Below are positions 60,243 to 64,000 of a stretch of 64,000 nt of DNA, piece after piece (the stretch's first letter is position 1; each line of letters starts with the position of its first letter). A program made the translations under genes and the position numbers. The stretch comes from an uncultured Pseudoflavonifractor sp. (lineage in GTDB: Bacteria; Bacillota; Clostridia; Oscillospirales; Oscillospiraceae). The notes under the pieces were generated by a model that did no database searches, was not told where the DNA came from, and saw only the letters and a program-made list of their open reading frames with translations. The stretch lies in NCBI RefSeq assembly GCF_904419835.1, contig NZ_CAJFTA010000003.1, one strand, 5' to 3'.

Positions 60243-60281
60243 AAAAGGGCGGGCCCGGAATATTCCAGGCCCGCCCTTCTT
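60243..60281. terminator. bidirectional terminator
   Basis: AAGGGCGGGCC/GGCCCGCCCTT stem with T-rich runs both ways. Confidence 0.8.
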
Positions 60282-60302
60282 ATCTGTCGATTTTTCAGGC
60301 AA

Positions 60303-61220
60303 TTACTTGCCCAGCTGCTTGGCGATCTCCTCGGCGAAGTTCTCCTGCTTCTTCTCGATACCCTCGCCCTTCTCAAAGCGGATGGCATCCTTGAAGGTGA
60401 TGGTGCCGCCCAGGGCCTTGGCGCTCTGAGCCATATACTGCTCCACAGTCACGGAGCCATCCTTCACGAACGCCTGCTGGAGCAGGCAGTTCTCCTCATA
60501 GAACTTGTTCAGCTTGCCCATGACGATCTTCTCGCGGACCTGCTCGGGCTTGGAGGCCATCTTGGGATCATTGGCCATCTGGACCATCATGATCTTCTTC
60601 TCCTCGTCCAGAGTGGCCTGATCCACCTGGCTCTTGTCCCAGAAGCGGGGATTCAGAGCGGCGATCTGCATGGCCACGTCCTTGCCGACGGTCTCCACCT
60701 GCTCAGCGGTCAGGTTGGTCTCCAGGTTGACCAACACGCCGATCTTGCCGCCGGCGTGGATGTAGGGCACGGAAACGCCCTCGGTGTAGAAGTGGAAGCG
60801 GCGAACCTTGATGTTCTCGCCGATAACCAGCACCATCTCCTGCTGCTGCTCGGTGACGGTCATCTCGGTGCCGTTGTACTTGCAGGCCATCAGGGCCTCC
60901 AGGTCGGCGGGCTTGTTGGCGGCCACAGTGGCGGCCACGCCCTTGACGAAGTCCACGAACTTCTCGTTCTTGGCCACGAAGTCGGTCTCGGCGTTGACCT
61001 CGACCACCACGCCCATGCCGTCGATAACAGCGGCATAAGCCATACCCTCGGCGGCGATGCGGCCGGCCTTCTTCTGGGAAGCGGCCAGGCCCTTCTCACG
61101 CAGGAACTCCACAGCCTTGTCCATATCGCCGTCGGAAGCGGTGAGGGCCTTCTTGCAGTCCATCATGCCAACGCCGGTCATCTCGCGCAGAGCCTGCACG
61201 TCTTTCGCGGTAAAAGCCAT
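60303..61220 (-). CDS. tsf: elongation factor Ts
   Basis: LREMTGVGMMDCKKAL, ETDFVAKN, IGENI. Confidence 0.98.
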   Translation of the reverse strand: MAFTAKDVQALREMTGVGMMDCKKALTASDGDMDKAVEFLREKGLAASQKKAGRIAAEGMAYAAVIDGMGVVVEVNAETDFVAKNEKFVDFVKGVAATVAANKPADLEALMACKYNGTEMTVTEQQQEMVLVIGENIKVRRFHFYTEGVSVPYIHAGGKIGVLVNLETNLTAEQVETVGKDVAMQIAALNPRFWDKSQVDQATLDEEKKIMMVQMANDPKMASKPEQVREKIVMGKLNKFYEENCLLQQAFVKDGSVTVEQYMAQSAKALGGTITFKDAIRFEKGEGIEKKQENFAEEIAKQLGK

Positions 61221-61310
61221 AATAAGTTACCTCCACATTTGTAAAATCAATATGAAGAGCGCCCGCCCGCCTGGGCGGGCGCTCCAAAGTCCGCATCATT
61301 CGGAACCGGC

Positions 61311-62036
61311 TTACTCAGCCGCGGCCTCCTCGGTCTTCTCCTCGGGGGCGTCCTGGCCCTGCTTGCCCTCCATGATGGCGTTGGCCATGACAGAAGAGAT
61401 CAGCTTGATGGCGCGGATAGCGTCGTCGTTGCCGGGGATGACATAGTCAATCTCGTCGGGATCGCAGTTGGTATCCACGATGGCCACGATGGGAATGTTC
61501 AGCTTGCGGGCCTCGTTGATGGCGTTGCGCTCCTTGCGGGGGTCAACCACGAACAGAGCACCGGGGAGCTTCTTCATCTCCACGACGCCGCCCAGGTACT
61601 TCTCCAGCTTGGCGATCTCGCCCAGGTGCTTCATGACTTCCTTCTTGGGGAGCATGTCGAAGGTGCCGTCCTCCTGCATCTTCTTCAGCTGGTTGAGACG
61701 GTCCACACGGCCACGCATGGTCTTGAAGTTGGTGAGCATGCCGCCCAGCCAACGGGCGTTCACATAGTAACCGCCGCAACGGCCGGCCTCTTCCTTGATG
61801 GCCTCCTGAGCCTGCTTCTTGGTGCCCACGAAGAGCAGAGTCTGACCGTTCTGAGCCAGCTCACGGACGAAGTTGTAGGCCTCCTCCAGCTTCTTCACGG
61901 TCTTCTGCAGGTCGATGATGTAGATGCCGTTACGCTCGGTGTAGATGTAAGCGGCCATCTTGGGGTTCCAGCGGCGGGTCTGGTGACCAAAGTGGACACC
62001 GGCCTCCAGGAGCTGCTTCATAGATACGACTGCCAT
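61311..62036 (-). CDS. rpsB: 30S ribosomal protein S2
   Basis: [26 protein letters not shown]. Confidence 0.98.
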   Translation of the reverse strand: MAVVSMKQLLEAGVHFGHQTRRWNPKMAAYIYTERNGIYIIDLQKTVKKLEEAYNFVRELAQNGQTLLFVGTKKQAQEAIKEEAGRCGGYYVNARWLGGMLTNFKTMRGRVDRLNQLKKMQEDGTFDMLPKKEVMKHLGEIAKLEKYLGGVVEMKKLPGALFVVDPRKERNAINEARKLNIPIVAIVDTNCDPDEIDYVIPGNDDAIRAIKLISSVMANAIMEGKQGQDAPEEKTEEAAAE

Positions 62037-62155
62037 AGTGATGTTTCCTCCTTTATAGTTATTACCTCCACCAGTTCATCCGGAGCCCGCCAGCCCATGG
62101 GGCACAAGGCGCTCCGTCACAACGGTGTGCGTAATACTGTGCTTTTACACAGCTA
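62037..62155 (-). promoter_or_regulatory. rpsB 5' leader (S2 autoregulation candidate)
   Basis: CACAC...GGTGGAGG elements flanking a GC-rich stem between promoter and RBS. Confidence 0.45.
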
Positions 62156-62159
62156 GAGT

Positions 62160-62188
62160 ATTTTATCATAGGGTTTTGCGGATTGCAA
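62160..62188 (-). promoter_or_regulatory. sigmaA promoter for rpsB-tsf
   Basis: TTGCAA-17-TAAAAT with extended TG. Confidence 0.8.
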
Positions 62189-62238
62189 GTATGATTTCCA
62201 TTTTTATTTTATAAAATGCAGATTTTACAGGATTTTTT

Positions 62239-62523
62239 CTATCCCTCCCGCCTGCTGCGACGGCGTTCCTCACGCCCGGCACGCAGTGCGCCCGACTCCA
62301 CCAGGATAATGTCCTCCCCGAACCGGCGCACCGACTCCCAGGGAAAGATCCGGTCCTCCTCCCTGCCCAGCAGGCCGAACAGCCGCAGCCGCCCCGGCAC
62401 CACCAGGGCGCAGATCTGCCCGGTGTCCAGGTCCACCTCCACATCCCCCACGTACCCAAACCGGCTTCCGTCGGTCACATTGATGATCTCCTTGCACCGC
62501 AGATCGGCGATTCTGCTCTTCAT
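62239..62523 (-). CDS. YlmC/YmxH family PRC-barrel sporulation protein
   Basis: LRCKEIINVTDGSRFGYVGDVE, FPWESVRRFGEDIILV. Confidence 0.92.
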   Translation of the reverse strand: MKSRIADLRCKEIINVTDGSRFGYVGDVEVDLDTGQICALVVPGRLRLFGLLGREEDRIFPWESVRRFGEDIILVESGALRAGREERRRSRREG

Positions 62524-62563
62524 GGCCGTTCCCCCATTTTCAAATCGCGAAATTTGATATATA

Positions 62564-62593
62564 ATCCTATGAGGTGCGACCCCTGTCCTATGA
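62564..62593 (-). promoter_or_regulatory. sigmaE-type promoter for ylmC/ymxH
   Basis: TCATA-17-CATAGGAT. Confidence 0.6.
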
Positions 62594-62610
62594 AAGACTG
62601 GTGAGTGTAT

Positions 62611-63501
62611 ATGCAGACAAAATCAACCGGGAAAAAGCGCCGCCGCTGGCTGTGGGCGGCGGTTCCCGCGGCCGTCGTGGTCCTGTTCTTCGGCCTCAAC
62701 GCCCTGCTCCAGACCTTCTGGGCCCACCGGGACCCGTACTTTTCCCCGGATTACGGGCAGATAGACCTCTCCCCTATTCTGGCCCAGGATTCCCTGGACG
62801 GGGAGGACTATGAGACAATCTTTTTCCAGACCGGCCTGGCCCGCCCGGCGGTGGACGCCCTGCTCTCCCAGGGCAGCCAGGGTGCGGCGCAGATCCTGGA
62901 GACCCAGGCGGGCTTTTTTTCAGAACAGACGCCGGTATGTCTGGACCTGCCTCCCATCACCAAGGAGGACCGTCTGCGGGACGCCGACGGGAACGTCGTC
63001 TACTCGGTGCCGCTGGCCCCGCTGGAGTCCGGGGACATCATTCTCTCCTTCTCCACCCATACATACGGCTGGCGGCATGGCCACGCCTCCCTGGTGGTGG
63101 ACCCCCAGTTGGGCGTCACTCTGGAGGCGGTGGTTCTGGGCAGCGACAGCGCCCAGGTCAACGCCCAGCACTGGCGCACCTACTCCAACTTTATGGTCCT
63201 CCGGGTGAAGGACGCAGACGATGAGACCAGGCAGCAGGTGGTTCAGTTCGCCCTGGAGCATCTGGACGGGATTCCATACAGCCTGCTCTCCGGCATCTTC
63301 GGCCCCAAGGCGCCTGACCCGGACAGCCCCCTCAAGGCCCAGTGCGCCTATCTCCCCTGGTATGCCTGGCAGGCCTACGGCGTGGATCTGGACTCTGACG
63401 GCGGAAAAATTGTCACCGTGCTGGACCTGGCCGAGAGCCCCCTTCTGGAGGTCGTCCAGATTTACGGCATCGACCCCGCCTCTCTTCCTTATAATATTTG
63501 A
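62611..63501 (+). CDS. membrane-anchored permuted papain-like (YiiX/YebB-like) protein
   Basis: N-terminal TM; GDIILS, HGHASL, PY, QCAYL (His before Cys), VDLDSDGG. Confidence 0.7.
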   Translation: MQTKSTGKKRRRWLWAAVPAAVVVLFFGLNALLQTFWAHRDPYFSPDYGQIDLSPILAQDSLDGEDYETIFFQTGLARPAVDALLSQGSQGAAQILETQAGFFSEQTPVCLDLPPITKEDRLRDADGNVVYSVPLAPLESGDIILSFSTHTYGWRHGHASLVVDPQLGVTLEAVVLGSDSAQVNAQHWRTYSNFMVLRVKDADDETRQQVVQFALEHLDGIPYSLLSGIFGPKAPDPDSPLKAQCAYLPWYAWQAYGVDLDSDGGKIVTVLDLAESPLLEVVQIYGIDPASLPYNI

Positions 63502-64000
63502 CATCGTGCAGCGCAAGCTGAAATCCCGGCGGCGCCCCCGCCAGACCGGGGAAATCAGCCTGTTTGCGGGGCTTATTAAATGCGGCGAGTGCGGGAAGTC
63601 GCTGACTATCCGCTACACCCATGAGAAGCACCCGAAGCAGATTTATTCCTGTAAGACCTACAACGCCTATGAGAAGCAGCACTGTTCCCAGCACCGGGTT
63701 GAGTATGACACCCTGTACCGGCTTGTGCTGAACAAAATCCGGGAGTGCGCCAGAATCGCCCTGATGGACGGGGAAGCCGTTGCGATGAGGAACGGATTGA
63801 CATTCTGGAAAAGATGGTTCTGCTGCTGTATGAGGACATGGTTGCCGGACGTATCAGCGAAGCGAACCTCAATCTGCTGATAGAAAAGACGCAGAAGGAA
63901 CAGGCCGAGTTGAAAGCAAGGGTTGAGGAAGGCCGGAAAAAGCTGGCCGATGAAATCCAGCTTGCGTATGATGCCCGCCAGTGGGTAGAAGCCATTCAGG
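63497..64000 (+). pseudogene. large serine recombinase remnant (Zn ribbon + coiled coil, TnpX/TndX-like)
   Basis: FDIVQRKL..LFAGLIKCGECGKSL..YSC..CSQHRV in one frame; from 63784 another frame gives DEERIDILEKMV..LYEDMVAGRISE; no catalytic N-terminus. Confidence 0.85.

Noticed and set aside
54300..60300. Genomic island integrated at tRNA-Arg
   Set aside because: I saw no duplicated tRNA 3' end and no integrase; genes have host-like GC.
63221..63880. 219 aa ORF as a real gene
   Set aside because: Chimera of an off-frame stretch of the upstream gene and the recombinase relic.

Overview
GC-rich Clostridia-type (probably Oscillospiraceae-like; inferred from gene order and sporulation genes) chromosomal window, mostly core genes. 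Order: (+) polyamine operon speD(partial)-decarboxylase-speE-speB-CASDH-nspC, followed in frame by an orphan 3' fragment of cotJC; (-) yloC-remA-gmk-rpoZ-priA-def-fmt-rsmB-rlmN-stp-pknB-rsgA; cdaA-cdaR-DUF5685-J-domain-membrane protein; DUF3343/cysteine desulfurase; carD-ispD-ispF; rpiR-HI0933-cmk-plsC-ispH/rpsA; S2P-scpAB-ytfIJ-dac-rluB; tig-clpP-clpX-lon-engB-FAH; rplS-rbgA-rnhB-yraN-dipeptidase-thrC; (+) amidase and LysM-GH18; tRNA-Arg(ACG) with a long hairpin-rich trailer; (-) uvrD-like helicase/ABC-F/small P-loop protein; rpsB-tsf; ylmC; a permuted papain-like protein and a broken large serine recombinase at the right edge. Best leads: a ~255 bp MITE-like element made of two four-way junctions inserted at the -10 box of the helicase promoter, the split cotJC junction, the structured tRNA trailer, an internal promoter plus RBS in the ispH-rpsA fusion, and a candidate anti-SD sRNA. 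All family calls are by motif recognition from memory; no searches were run.
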